Below are positions 37,701 to 54,274 of a stretch of DNA of 64,000 nucleotides, piece by piece. Source of the stretch: Octopus bimaculoides (lineage: Eukaryota); assembly GCF_001194135.2 (NCBI RefSeq), contig NC_068982.1:163293699-163357698 (forward strand), written 5' to 3'. Under the pieces are notes generated by a model. It worked only from the letters and a program-made list of their open reading frames with translations, ran no database searches and was not told the DNA's origin. Made by a program: the position numbers and the translations under genes. Position 1 is the stretch's first letter; the number at the start of each line of letters is the position of its first letter.

Positions 37701-38324
37701 TATGCATTTCAGTATCCATTAGTAAAAAAAACTGATCAATTTTATTGTTGTCACCAAAGATACATCCTGTTAATGAACTTCAAGCCATTGGTCATCATAG
37801 AAAGTCCACATAGGTTCTAGCTAACCCATACACAACTGCAGAATAAACAATCCCTGGTCTCTCATAGGGAAATTATTTCTCTTCTATGCATCAGCCTATC
37901 AACACTTGCCTAAAATGACATGGTGTACATGTTGACAAGCAAACTGAATTTATAACCTGACACCACCCCACTGAGTTCCAAAATCCTGACTGTCTGCTGT
38001 CACTAGACTATCTCATCCTCCACCATGTGGTAGTATATAAATGCTGGTAAAGGAAATAGCCTGACACTACTGTTTTATATAACCCAAACTAATCAAGGAG
38101 ACAACCCCACAAAATATTTGCACCTAGAATTCTCTTTAAATTCTTATTTTCACTCTGTACATCTAAAAGACTAGCCATATATCTGCATATGAATCTTCAA
38201 GTAATGTCAGGTAAAGCCAACTTGTTATTAAATACTTATAACTCCACTTACTTTGTGATGAGTACTACTTTCTTTCATTTGTTTACCTTATGTGAGTACA
38301 TACACATGTTCGTGTGTGTCTCTC

Positions 38325-38375
<51 letters not shown>

Positions 38376-39013
38376 TTATTTATGTGTTTCAGCCAAGTGG
38401 CTGCGGTCATGCTGTATATATATATATATATATTGTTTCTATCCCTCTATCACACTTTAACCTCTCATCACCTGGCGGAAGATCACCTCCTCCAGTGACC
38501 TCCTTCTCAAAGGATCTTTGTCTAGCAAGTTACTTGGTGACCCTACCAGTGCTGGTGCTACATAAAAAGTATCCAGTTCACACTGTAAAGTGTTTGGCAT
38601 TTGTAAGGGCATCCAGCTGTAAAAACCATGCCAAAACAGACCTTGCTGGTGCTGGTGCTACGTAAAAAGCACTCAGTTCACTCTGTGGGGTGGTTAGTGT
38701 TAGGAAGGGCATCTAGCCATAAAAACCATACCAAAACAGACAACAAAACCTGGTGCAGTTTTATGGATAGCCAGCTCCTGTCAAACTATCCAGCTTATGC
38801 CAGCACGGAAAGCTGACATTAAATGATGATCATGATATATATAAGTAACATGAGCTACACCAACCTTTTACTCAATAAATATGCCTCTAGCTATATGAAT
38901 TGAGAGTCACTTCTGTTAGTTCACTCGCTTGTACATACATACACACATGTACATATCCCCCACCCTCACACACAGAAAACTAAGCAGAGTGTTCTGATTT
39001 ATATATCACCCAC

Positions 39014-39115
39014 TTTTTGGTGTCAACAGCAGCTGTTATATATTGTGTCTCTAAACAAGTAGCTGTCTTTAGTTCACCAGCAGCTGATGAGATAAGTAAG
39101 TAGTCAGCCACACAA
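39014..39115 (-). CDS. Candidate coding exon, unidentified (CVADYLLISSAAGELKTATCLETQYITAAVDTK)
   Basis: TAG acceptor, AA|GTGGGT donor, 102 nt, phase 2-2, single open frame in unique sequence. Splice signals are only moderate. Confidence 0.27.
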
Positions 39116-40160
39116 CTAAATGTTTCATGAAATGTCTTGTAAATTTTTCTATATTTTTCATATGTGGTATACTCGAGGCTCATTCTTGTTTGTTTAATTC
39201 ACATACACATAAGGTTGTTGTACTGACGATCCAGTGAGTTGTTATGTACTCTGAGTGACTGAATATAATCAGATGAACTAAGATTGTATTACCTAGGTTC
39301 ATACTGGCATGTATTTAAGCAATGCAATTTATATTCTCCCATAAGAAAAACACTGAAGGTATTTTTCGCAAATTTTTTAAGACAATTTTTATTTGTCACT
39401 GACATATAGTTATTGCTTCATTCCTTTATCCGTTCCTGATTGATTTATGCAGCACCCATTTATGATGTTGACAACTGCTATATATTGTGAGAATAAATGA
39501 AAAACTGCTTAGGTTCTTGTGCATCTATCTGCAGTGTACACACACATATACATATATAAGTACACATATAAAAGTAAATAGATATATGCTGAAAAATGAA
39601 ATCTATGTACATGGACAGGTGGAACAAACTGAAATTTTCTCATAGTGATATTAGAAGACACATGTTCACAGCAGTATATGAAAATAAATCCCCACAGCAT
39701 TCCATAAAGGAATATTTCTATGGTTGATGATGGTATATGCCCATAGTACATATGTTAGATTGTGTATAAATGGAAGTGAATTAATAGGATTGTACTGCAT
39801 AACATTCACCACTGACATTCTGATGATAACTTCTGAATGAGATAGTATTTGGTGATTCTGAATGAAATGCTTCCGTATAACAACTAGCACATAAGGCTGA
39901 TTAATGTATGACAAAAGACACAACACATACATACACACAAGCACATATATGCACACACAGACTCATTTTCATACATACGTGCATATATACATAGATGCAT
40001 ATGCACAGCAGGGATGTTTTAAAAGGAGTGTGATCTCTATAATTGGACACACACACTCATTCATATTAAACTACGTTTACAATGTTCATAGTCACTCTGT
40101 CAGTCTACCCAACCATCTACCTACCTACCTCCCAACTGATCTAACTATCAAGTATTCTTC

Positions 40161-40206
<46 letters not shown>

Positions 40207-40335
40207 GTTTATATATATATGTACACAGACACAAAAATTACATACATACACATATACATATACACATAATACATACATACATATATATCTACACACACAC
40301 ATACATATACATCTATACACACACACACACACATA

Positions 40336-40393
<58 letters not shown>

Positions 40394-40968
40394 TATATAT
40401 ATATATGCACACACATACGTACATACATACATAGAGACAGCGAGGGAGATATACGCACATAAACAAAACAAACATAAGCCCATTAAATTTTTATAATGTA
40501 ACAAATAAATTCCTTCCCCTGAGCCAGCGGCTAGTTTTATTAAATATAAGAAAAATTCTACACAGAATAAAACACAAAATAAATAGATAAATAAGTGAAA
40601 ATAATAAGAGTAGTATTTAATGGTCGTGTAGTTTGATTTTTTCCCCTCTTCCTTGCCAGTTCCCATTCATTGTATAAGTGTAGCTGGGAAGCTGTTAATA
40701 AGTGATATAATTAATTATGTTTCCATATTCTTCAAGGAAACCATGAGTGGTGGTGGAGGGGGAGATGTTGAAAAAAAATATTTTCTGCTGTAACAACATG
40801 TTAACATTAGAGAGTATATGTGTGTGTGTATATATATATATATATGTGTGTGTGTACAATATAGATAGATGTAGATATATAAATATGTGCATACATGTAC
40901 ATATATATATTATATACATAAAATATATGACAGGTATGTTTGCATATATGTTTATAAATACATGTATA

Positions 40969-41040
<72 letters not shown>

Positions 41041-41619
41041 TATACATATATACACATATATACAAATATACTTATCTATAATCTATCTTTATATTATATA
41101 TATGTAAATATATTTATATAAATACTGTATATCTAATCTAATCTCATCTAATTTAATCTATCTATCTATCTCTATATCTCTCTATCTATCTATATATATA
41201 TATATAAATATATATTAAAAACATGCACACACACACACGCACACACACATTCATATATTTCTTTTTATTTTACCTTATCTGTTTTTAATGGGCTCACTTA
41301 TAGAGAGAATGTTTGATGCATGAGTGAATGATAGTATATGTGCTTGTGAGCAGTATTGGCACAGATATTGGTATAACTGATATATATATAAAATTAATAT
41401 GATGGCAATGTACTTCAGCCAATGTGTCACTTTGTCTGTTGTTGGAACGATGCATATGGCTGGAGATTTGTACTTTACTGTAACTATACTAGCTCTTTGT
41501 TAGTTGGTAAAAATTGGTGGTTCAATATATACCAGTAATTAACTGGTACTGTATATCGTAAATCTTGGAAGAATGGAAAAGCAAAGCTGATATTGGCAGA
41601 ATTTAAAAGACACATTTAT

Positions 41620-41837
41620 TGATTTCAAATTTTGGCACCAGGCCAGCAATTTTGGAGAAGAAGTTAAGTTGATTACTTCGACCCAAGTGCTCAACTGGTA
41701 CTTATTTTATCAACTCCAAAAGGATGAAAGGCAAAGTCAAACTTCAGCGGAATATGAACTCAGAACATAAAGACGGATGAAATGCTGCTAAGCAGTTGGT
41801 TCAGTGTGTTAATGATTTTGCCAGCTCGCTGTCTTAA
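41620..41837 (-). mobile_element. tRNA-derived SINE, second family (near full length)
   Basis: Reverse complement of the family at 8804-9020. Further minus copies at 50235-50400, 57885-58096 and 61198-61402. Confidence 0.75.
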
Positions 41838-41864
41838 AGAGACACATTACTGAAAGGGAATTTT

Positions 41865-41897
<33 letters not shown>

Positions 41898-42586
41898 CAT
41901 ACAAACATAAATATACACACTCACACATACATGTATTTTATTTTATTTGAGATATGTTTTTTGCCAGTATGGACTTATCTGAAGAAGTGGCCTCTGAATT
42001 GGCATTAATAAACTACTGTTCTCTCTGTTTGTATTGAGTACTACTTCTTCAGATATCATTACTTAACGACATTATATACATATATAAACAGACAGCAAGG
42101 CATGGTTCAGTTTTTATCCAGACTAGCTTGGATTTGGATGAAGAGTTATTTGAGGCAGAATTTTATGTCCAGATGCTCTTCCTATCACTAACCCTTACCA
42201 GTTTTTCAGAGAAGAGATCTCTTTATTCCACAAGTCTTTGAAAGCACTGAGTAACCAACCTCAATGTCACAGCACTGCTTCGTTCAAGTAATGACAGAAT
42301 ATAATCATGTGCACACACACATATACAGGGCACGATGGGTAAATTGTCATTCTATATTTTTAATTTCGTGCATTGTTTGTTTTTGATTTTGTTGACTACA
42401 CAGTATAGTAGGGTCAGTTGGGCACTGTTTGTGAGAAAAACAGCACCATGGCAATTCATTCTGCCAGAAATTTGGAAACGACATGCTGTACTGCTTGGCA
42501 TTCATGCCAGAAGCTCCAATACAAACAGATGGTGAACACACAGAATGATAATGATGATGATATGCATTTATATGTGTGTGTGTATG

Positions 42587-42867
<281 letters not shown>

Positions 42868-43493
42868 TATATATATACCATGTAGGCAAATATTGCACAG
42901 TATGGCCGAATGTTTTAGAAGTTTTCTTCACAATCAGTGAGGTACGAGGTTTGATCTCATTCTTTGGCATCTCAGCATCTGAGGCAACTATTATCTTCCC
43001 TAGCTCCAGGCTATGGCAATCAATACTGACCCAAGAATAGCTCATGTCTTGCAAGAGAAAATGGGGAGACAGAAGCTGTATAGAAGTCCATCCAATGGAT
43101 TGTAATATAAAGATCTAGCCTTGTTGATATCGTAACATCTTCAACTGCAAGTGACAGCTATTGTTTACACACACACCTTTCACTTGGGCATTTTGATACT
43201 AATAACCTGGTGTAGAACTCAATATATAATGCTTCAGAAGGAAGCATTAGTTGCTCTATACCCTTCCTCTCTCTCTCATATATATATAAATATAAAGTAA
43301 CAAACTGAGAAAAAGGAATCCTTCAAAGGGGTGTGTTAAACATCCAATTCACCGGTACTTCAGTTGGATACCATATAAATATTGGTAAAATTCAGTTATA
43401 AAGATAGATTAAATATAGAGATATTCAACTGACAATCCAAATATTTATTTATATTACAATATTACATTAAATACTATGAATATAATATATAAG

Positions 43494-43946
43494 ATAACAT
43501 AATATTATATAACATAAATAGTTATAAAAACCATAAAATGCCAACAGATTGTTTCGACTTATATATATATTTTTTTCTGATATACATAATCACAGTTCCA
43601 TTATATATATAGTCACTTCAGGGTCTTAGCTTTCGAAAAAGACAAAATTCCGCATGAAAGGATGGCTGGATTGTAAAAATTAATTCAAATGTCAGTGTTA
43701 TGAGCGTGAGCGCTAACTATTCAATCATACATCAATTACACTTAAAAAATAACAGAAACACTTTAACAGATGATACAATCAAGTAAGTGCAATCCACAAC
43801 CATTGAAATTCACTTCATTACATCTCAAACACGTCCAAATGGAACTGTGATTATGTAAATCACAAAAAAAGATATATATAAGTCGAAACAATTTGTTGGG
43901 CTTTTATGGTTTTTAGAATTATTTATGTTATATAATATTATGTTAT
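43494..43946. mobile_element. Element bounded by approximately 109-bp imperfect inverted repeats
   Basis: 43494-43602 pairs with 43838-43946 around a spacer of about 235 bp. Confidence 0.7.
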
Positions 43947-44047
43947 ACAATTAAACCTTGGGAGAGGCATTATATAAATTAATAAAGGACTGAACCAGTG
44001 CGTGTGTTTATTACCGGCATAATGCCTCTCCCAAGGTTTAATTGTAT
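43945..44047. repeat. 29-bp perfect inverted repeat with 45-bp spacer
   Basis: ATACAATTAAACCTTGGGAGAGGCATTAT (43945-43973) and ATAATGCCTCTCCCAAGGTTTAATTGTAT (44019-44047). Confidence 0.85.
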
Positions 44048-44209
44048 TTCTTTCAACACACGTATCCACATCAAGAATCTTGCACACGAAATACACATAC
44101 GAAATATTATGTTATGTTATATATTATATTCATAGTATCTAATGTAATATTATATAAATTATTGGATTCTCAATTGAATATCTCTATATTTAATTTATCT
44201 TTATATGTG

Positions 44210-45374
<1,165 letters not shown>

Positions 45375-48087
45375 AAGCTTGCTTCTCACCCATATGATTT
45401 TAGTCCCACTGCGTGGCATCTTGGGCAAGTGCTTTCTACTAGACTCCCAGGCCTTGTGAGTGGATTTGGTAGACAGAAACTGAAAGAAACCTGTCATATA
45501 TGTGTGTGATGCATGTGTGTCTGTGTGCACATGAGTGTAAGTTTGTGCAACCTTGACTTGATATTGCATTATAGTTGTTAAATGATTGTCACTGTCATAC
45601 AAGCAGTATCGTTCATTTCTAATGTTCTGTGAAAACATGACTGACCATGGGAAAAAAGTTACTTTGCTTGGAAACAGGTAAGGATTGGTGACAGAAAGGG
45701 CATCTGACTGCTAAAAATCTGCCTCAGCAAACTCTCTCTGACCCATGCAAGCAGGGAAAAGCAGACATCAAAATGATGTGTATGCATACAATATATGAAT
45801 ACCTGCCTACACACACACACACACACACATATGTATATATAGTCTTGTCAAGGCTATTATTATGCTTCATGCACTGGTTTCATTATAAAATGTCCACAAT
45901 ACATACTGTGAAATGGTTGGTGATAGGAAGTGCATCCATCCATAGAAATCGAAATGAAGTATACAAGGAAGACATGGTCTTCCAAGCCATGTAGCAGGGT
46001 AGTTGCTCCTGGCATGAACTATCTTGGACCATAATGTTCCACACAAGCCATGCCAGCATAAAAAGCAAAATGATAATGTGGATGTGTATGTGTGTGTGCT
46101 GTGCACATGTGCATGTGTGTATGTGCACATACATATGTGTCTGTGCAAATAAATACATACACACATGCATATATATTATAAGTATATGTAGCTTCAGGAA
46201 TGAACAAACAACCACATTTCTGTGTAATAAGCTATAATAATTAGATAATAAGGAAACCAAGAAATCTATATGAGATAATTGATATGAACACATTCTGAAT
46301 CATCTTGGAACACACACATACACACACACACTCATGGAACGTAACACAGTTATATATACACAGTGAAGTATTTTGCTGATGAATATTAAGAGAAACACTC
46401 TGAAATGATGCATAATCTATTTAACATCAATACACTCACACATCTATAAGTGTATCTGCTGTACATATAGCAAATTTCATTGAAAGGCATATATACATAA
46501 ACCCCACCTCACCTATAAATGTATTAAAAGGTATACATATATATATATGGACACGCACACACACACATGAATGAATAAGTAGCCACTTCACAGTTGAGAG
46601 ACCGGTGTTAGGAAAAGCATCGAACCATGCAAAAATACATGTTCCAACATCGATTTGTCCTGTTCATTAGGAAGGCTCCCAGTTGGGCTGAGCAGGCAAG
46701 TAGAATGCTCACTCAACAAAAAGCTCTTAAACAACTAAAGTCACATAACTACAGGCCTTTGTAACACATGCACACACATGCGCATGCACACACACACACA
46801 CACACACAGTTAGATATCTATATATCCAGATTGATAGGCAGGCATATTATGGTCAAAACTTTTACAGTGCTGATAGTAGTATAATACCATAAGTTCTGCT
46901 TAAAGCATTATTAGTAAAATTTAAGAAAAAAAAAAAAAATCAACAGAGTAATAATATCTACTACAATGCTGACGAAAGAGAAGAATACAATTTATTCAAT
47001 GTTTAAGCTTCAATAAGCCTTAATCAAGAAATGAGAAATATATAGAGAAATCTCTATAGATTTCTCATATCATGATTAGGGCTTATTGAAGCTGAAACAT
47101 TGAATAAATTGTATTTTTCTCTCTTGTTAACATTGTTTGTGGCTTTTACCCCATTTTTCAATTTACATTGCTGAATTCTATATCCCGAAGGGTTCCAACT
47201 TTGCCATAAGCATTATGATATATGTTAGGTCAAGTAAGCCAGTCTGTTAAAATTACCATAGTTAATTTAGCCAGTTCACAGAGAACTGATGGGTCACTGA
47301 ATATGATTGGCTTGCAGTGCAGACTTGGTTCCCAGTTCCCAGATCTCTGCAGATTTACAGACTGGAAATGGTTTATGGATTAGTGATGTCTCTTAGAAGA
47401 CGAGCAATGGCTCACAAATCCCTGCTGGTTTATAAATGTCAAACTACTGAAAGTTTGTAAACCAGCAATAGGTAGTAGCAGTCAACTGGTGACATGCCAA
47501 TAAGGGATCTTCTATGTAATCATTCAACAACTTCAATGTAAAGATTAAATCTTCTTTGGTAGATTCCCAACTGTCTTTAAAATGGAGATTATGTTTTTTT
47601 TTTTTTTTTTATGCTGTGAGAGTAATGTCAGCAGAGTGCTTCAAATATAAGGAGAGCTTCAATGGTAATGCTACCTGAATGCTTCATTCGTCCAGCTGCC
47701 TCTGTGCTGTAAACCTATTCATGCAGAGTCAATCAGAGCTATCTGCTGCTGCTACCACCACCACCACCACCACCACCTCCTCAAAAAAAAAACAAAACAA
47801 AAAAAAACACAACAGAAGCAAACACTTCCTTGGTGGTTTTTGAAAGCCATAGATAGTTCACAAGTTATAGTTAATTAATGTAACTACTATCTAAACCATG
47901 TACTATCACATATCTGTGTTAATATTTATTTCACAAGCAGTTCACAAGGCAGAAGAGTGTAGATGAACTGAGTCAATAAGACTCTGGAAAACTAGTCAAG
48001 AAGCTGCTGGTTTGAATCTTGCCACTGACATTACATTATGTCGACGGCCAAGACACTTACCTCTGACAGCATTTTATGTAGGTTCTT

Positions 48088-48145
<58 letters not shown>

Positions 48146-48439
48146 AATAATGTTGTTCTTGTTGCTATTACTGTCATCGTCATTAAACATTCGATGTTCC
48201 ATATATATAGAAGACATACAAAGCTTCCAGAACTTAGCTTCATTGAACTAGGTGGTTCATTGAACTAGGAGAATTACATAACCCCAGTCATTCTGATCCC
48301 TTGCAATCTCATCTGATAGGTTCAAGGTCCTGAGGTCAGCTATTTGAGCATTTAAAAGAATCTATTTCTGGTGTGCTCATAATATATACTGCTTCAGTGC
48401 AGCTGTCACATATGAAACTTATGTTCTCTGTTAGTTTGC

Positions 48440-48700
48440 CTGTGATTCTACTACATCTCATGTGCCCATAACTTGCATTTGGTATAGAGTATGGAGTTTA
48501 TACCAATTCCTTTTCTGCATACTAAGCAAGGCCATTTCCCTGAAGATACCAGGGTTCTGTCTTTTTCCCAACTAACAAAAATGTTAGTCTTTCCTAAGTT
48601 TACTTTGGTGAGGACGAGGAAGGTGCTCTTAATTCTAGGTTTAGCTTCCATGCCTAATTTCTTTGAAGGTTCAGCTGAGAATTGACTAGATCATTAGCAT
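48440..48700 (-). pseudogene. Decayed RTE-LINE ORF fragment
   Basis: LKVNLGKT..VSWEKDRTLVSSGKWPCLVCRKGIGINSILYTKCKLWAH matches the RTE motif GKWPCSVCRKGVG.NSI.C..CK.W.H. Confidence 0.7.
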
Positions 48701-48929
48701 ATAAGAGTTACCCATGGAGAGTCAGGTTGAAACTCCTGTGATGGCCTGTGTGGTAGGAGAGAAATGGGGACTGAGTTTTGATGGACACCTACTCTCATGC
48801 TAAATTCATCACCAAATTCATTGTTGATTCTCATTTTATTTGCTGTATATTTGTACATAGCTTATACAGTCCTCATATACCACTTGTATTACAGGGTAAT
48901 AAAATACATCAAAGTTAGCAGTGGCAACA

Positions 48930-49340
48930 CTGTAAAACTGAGGTCTGCAGTGATGAAGAAATTGGAGATAAGTATTGATCCTGAAAATATTGAAGGTTCA
49001 CAAGATATGAAACAAGATGTAGTGTCATTTTATTAGCCGACTTCAGATTTTGTTAATCAACTGCAACAGTCATAAAGTTTACTCTCCTCATTAAAGCACT
49101 TTTGGAAATTATAAAACTTATTATCATCAACTGAGTTTACAAGAATTAATGATTCTTAAAAAAAAAAAAATTACAGCAAAACTTAATGACTTCATTAATA
49201 TACAGAGTTTCTATAAACTTTTAAATGGCTTCTTATGTGTAAAAACAACAAGAGAAAGTAAATTAGCTGAAGAATTAATAATAATTACCTACCTACAAAC
49301 AGTGAAGATTATACGTAGTTTGTTAATGGCAACAAACTAC
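48930..49340 (+). pseudogene. Possible highly decayed L1/Tx1-like ORF2 fragment
   Basis: IEGSQDMKQDVVSFY* followed by a frameshifted TEFYK-like stretch, as in the EN-RT linker of L1-clade elements. Weak. Confidence 0.3.
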
Positions 49341-51166
49341 TGCACATTAATAGTAATAGTTTTATGATTTAAGCTTCTCACAACATATAATTAGCTCATG
49401 AATCTAACTCCTAAATGAAGATTTATCTGTGATATTTCTCACTAGGCCATAATGAAACTATTTAAGCTGACTAAAGAACATAGTTTGTCAAAAAAAGATA
49501 TCGATTTGTAACTGATGAGATACATATGAAATCATCTCCCTTAAATTTATAGGTAGGTAGAAGAAATGGGATGTTGGTATGTTCTTCCTGTCTTTCCCAA
49601 AAGCATTAATGGGTTTTATATTTAAATAACCAAAATGAGCTGTTAAGATGGTGAAAATTTCTTAAATTCAAATAGTGGAATATGTTACATACCATGAAGA
49701 AGATGGCTCAAACACTTGTCTCTTATCAGAGAATATGTAGGGCTTCCATCAGCCAATGTTGACCATATGTCTGCACTTGTATGTATAGGCTTGGGTATAG
49801 TCTTTTTTTTGGAAGAACGCTAGCAGTTGACAATACATTAACGTCTCCTTTATTTATGCCACCAATGTTTAGTCAAGAGAAAAGTTGCTGACTTGGGCCA
49901 ATACAGCTTGGCATCAGTATTATCATAGGCATTACTGCCTGAACGTAAAAAGATAGCCCAGATACTGCAAGGCATTTAACCTGACATTCTAACAGCTCCA
50001 TCAATCCATTGCCTGAACTGGTACTTTTTTGGATTGGATTTGATTGCATTGTCTATGTTCAGTCCAATGTGGGATGAAGGCCTCAGTATGTTCTCTCTAC
50101 CAACCATAGTTTGATGTGGAAGCTGTGAATTTGAGCTTGAGATTATAATGGTTCGATGAACCTACTCCGGCACATTGGTTCAACATGGCTTGGCAGAGGT
50201 ATGCAGTTTTTATACTCTTACCCAGGAGTAGTCAAGTTGATAACATCAAACCCAGTGTTTAACTGGTACTTATTTTATCAACCCACAAAGGATGAAAGGC
50301 AAAATTAGCCTCAGTGGAATTTGAACTCAAAACATAAAAATGAATGAAATACTAAGAATTTCACGTGGCATGCTGATTCTGCCAGCTTGTTGCCTTAATA
50401 ATATTTTAATAATCCCCGAAGGTTGAGAATTAATCTCAGTGAGATTTGAGCTTAGAATGCAGAATGCTAGAACAAATATGGTGAGGCATTTTATTTAACA
50501 AATCTGCCAATGTCCCTGTTTCAGAGAAATAGAGAAAATATAGGTATTTTCATTAGGCTGAAAATGTTAAGTTTCTATTGGCTTAATTTCACTTACAAGG
50601 CTTGGGTTGTCTGAAGGTTATAGTGAAAAAAAACACTTGTCCAAGATAATACACATTGGGAGTGAACCTGGACTTTGCATAAAAACAGAGTAAGTTTCTT
50701 AACCACTCAGCATCCATATACAAAGAGAGTTACAGGTACACACACATAAACACACATAAACACAAAGATGTATACATGTATCTGCCTACATCATATAGGT
50801 ATACACACAAACAGACACATATAAGCATCTGATTGCATTACATAGTCACAAACACACACACACATGCAGATATTCACACCCACATTCACATACATGTTTG
50901 CTTCATCTACATGCAAAACCAGAAAAACACACATGCTGACACACTCACACATACATGAAAAAAAAAAAATGTTATGTTCATACACACACACACATAAATG
51001 TTAAAAGTGCTTCAAGAATATTTGGTATTATATTTGATGCAGAGATCCATGTAAACAAAGCAAACATTTCTTCCCTCTGGTATCATTTGATCTTTCAACA
51101 ACAGTCACCAGAATAACTAATCCCATTTGAACTTGAGCATGTGTGCGTATGCATTTGTGTTTATAT

Positions 51167-51206
<40 letters not shown>

Positions 51207-53016
51207 NNNNNNNNNNNNNNNNNNNNNNNNNNNNNNNNNNNNNNNNNNNNNNNNNNNNNNNNNNNNNNNNNNNNNNNNNNNNNNNNNNNNNNNNNNNNNN
51301 NNNNNNNNNNNNNNNNNNNNNNNNNNNNNNNNNNNNNNNNNNNNNNNNNNNNNNNNNNNNNNNNNNNNNNNNNNNNNNNNNNNNNNNNNNNNNNNNNNNN
51401 NNNNNNNNNNNNNNNNNNNNNNNNNNNNNNNNNNNNNNNNNNNNNNNNNNNNNNNNNNNNNNNNNNNNNNNNNNNNNNNNNNNNNNNNNNNNNNNNNNNN
51501 NNNNNNNNNNNNNNNNNNNNNNNNNNNNNNNNNNNNNNNNNNNNNNNNNNNNNNNNNNNNNNNNNNNNNNNNNNNNNNNNNNNNNNNNNNNNNNNNNNNN
51601 NNNNNNNNNNNNNNNNNNNNNNNNNNNNNNNNNNNNNNNNNNNNNNNNNNNNNNNNNNNNNNNNNNNNNNNNNNNNNNNNNNNNNNNNNNNNNNNNNNNN
51701 NNNNNNNNNNNNNNNNNNNNNNNNNNNNNNNNNNNNNNNNNNNNNNNNNNNNNNNNNNNNNNNNNNNNNNNNNNNNNNNNNNNNNNNNNNNNNNNNNNNN
51801 NNNNNNNNNNNNNNNNNNNNNNNNNNNNNNNNNNNNNNNNNNNNNNNNNNNNNNNNNNNNNNNNNNNNNNNNNNNNNNNNNNNNNNNNNNNNNNNNNNNN
51901 NNNNNNNNNNNNNNNNNNNNNNNNNNNNNNNNNNNNNNNNNNNNNNNNNNNNNNNNNNNNNNNNNNNNNNNNNNNNNNNNNNNNNNNNNNNNNNNNNNNN
52001 NNNNNNNNNNNNNNNNNNATATATATATATATGTATATGTGTGTGTATATATATATTCATCATCCTCTAATGTATGTTTTTCATATAATATATATCTATA
52101 TATGTAAATACACACACACATGTACACACAAACACAAACACACACACACACACACACACAGATATACACACATTCATACACTTTATTGAAAAGTAAAGAT
52201 CAGAAGAATAATTGAGATGTATTCTTTTTTTCGGGATACTGACCTTCCTAGTAGTTAATTAAAATGAATCAGTGAAACAGCACTGCATACAAATCAGTAG
52301 GAAAAGTCGCCATAAAAAAAGAAGAATCATAAGCTGTATCACAGCTCAGAAAATCGAAGGAAACAAAAAAAAAAACAAAAAATAAAGACAAAAAAAAACC
52401 AACAAAACAACAATAAAAACTGCCCCCAAAAAAACAAAACACAAAATAAAATAAAAACACATCAGATTGGTTTATTACGTGATATTGATTAAATAACAAC
52501 TTGAACCTCTCATTATCTTTAAGGGTTACTGGCTACAGGGCTAATTTTCACTCTTAAGGAGTTGAAATCCATCATAGATGAAATAATAATGCAAAAAAAA
52601 CAAAAAAAAAAAACAACCAGAATGGAAAAGAAACTATGAATGATAGTGGTATGAAGCACAATTTATTTTCACTGACAAGAGATGCTGGAATGATTGTGGA
52701 GTGGATAACTTTGCTTTGCAACCAGATGGCTTTGTGTTCAATTATATAGTAGAGCACTTTGAAAACATGCCTTGTTGACCAGTACCTTATAGGTTAAATG
52801 AATGTCAGCTGCAAACTGCAAAAATCTGTTGTACACACACACACACACATGTGCTGAATACATACATATACATAGATACATGCATATATATATGCACCCC
52901 CTCTCTTTCTCTCCATACATACACACATATGTAGTTGCATACATACATATTTACATACATATGTGTATATATATATATATATATATGTATACATAAATAC
53001 ACACATACATAATTGC

Positions 53017-53051
<35 letters not shown>

Positions 53052-53230
53052 AACACATACATACACATATGTATACATATATATAAACATATATATATAT
53101 ATACACATACATACATATATGCATACACATATGTATGTATACATATACATGTATATGTGTTTTAAGCACTTGAATGACAATTGAAAGCTTGTGGATACCT
53201 AAGGTTACAGGTAGTAAATAATAATGCAAA

Positions 53231-53279
<49 letters not shown>

Positions 53280-54274
53280 GCTACTGCTACTGCTACTACT
53301 ACCACTACTACTACTACTACCACTACCACTGGGAATTAGCTGATATCATCAACTCCACTTGACTGGAACTTTATTTTAATGACCACGGAGGAATGAAAGG
53401 CAATTTTGAAATCAGAGCATAAAGAGTGACAAGGCATTTTTTCCTGATGATCTAACAATTTTGCCAGCTCTTCGCTTTATTAGTAATAATAATTCCTATC
53501 TCAACAAATAAAACTTGACCTAAGCCTTGTAACTGAAAAGACGAGAACAGTTCATAAGTCTATCAGATGGATTATGGCTGGAACTGAACTCACCACTAAC
53601 AAAGGGAATAGTTATTAATTTTACAGAGCACCAACACTGAGATGTACAACAACAACAACAATAATAATAATTACTAGAATTATACTGTTTTATGCTGGTT
53701 CTGCCTGGGAGTTATATTAGAGGTACATGTGCTTGTGTAGCACTCAACCACTTATGCCTATAATTTAGAGAGTAGGCAATTCCAGTCAACAGACAATCAG
53801 AACATTCATCAATGAAGCTGACAGAGATCTATTTGCATTCATAAATCAAGTACGAGAGTTTATAAAAGTACAACTTCCCTGAAAATATATGGCCATGTGC
53901 CAAATGTAAGAAAGCATTACTCGCACATACACATATTACATAATCATGAATATACACTATATGTAAAACATGAAAATTGTTACACTGGGTTCTTATTTTC
54001 AAATGGTCATGGCTTTTCTATCAATATAATTTATGATGCATTTAATTTGCTTTCAATTTCAAAAGTAAAAAAAAATTGCATCTCTATTTGTCATGTCTAC
54101 TTCCATTGTAGTACATTCTTTAATTTTATATCATCTTCAGTTTTACCATATTCTTCAACTTTTCCACTTTATTTTGTCTCTAACTATAATTAAAAGACTG
54201 GTGACTATTTTAAATTAAACATCAATGCTCCAGTTCTTAACAAAATGGTTATGAAAATACACACACATACAGAT

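Noticed and set aside
39666-41121. Cluster of YI/HT/CV-rich ORFs
   Set aside because: Dinucleotide repeat translations.
49512-49540. CTGATGA...GAAA hammerhead-like spacing
   Set aside because: No credible stem II or stem I pairing.
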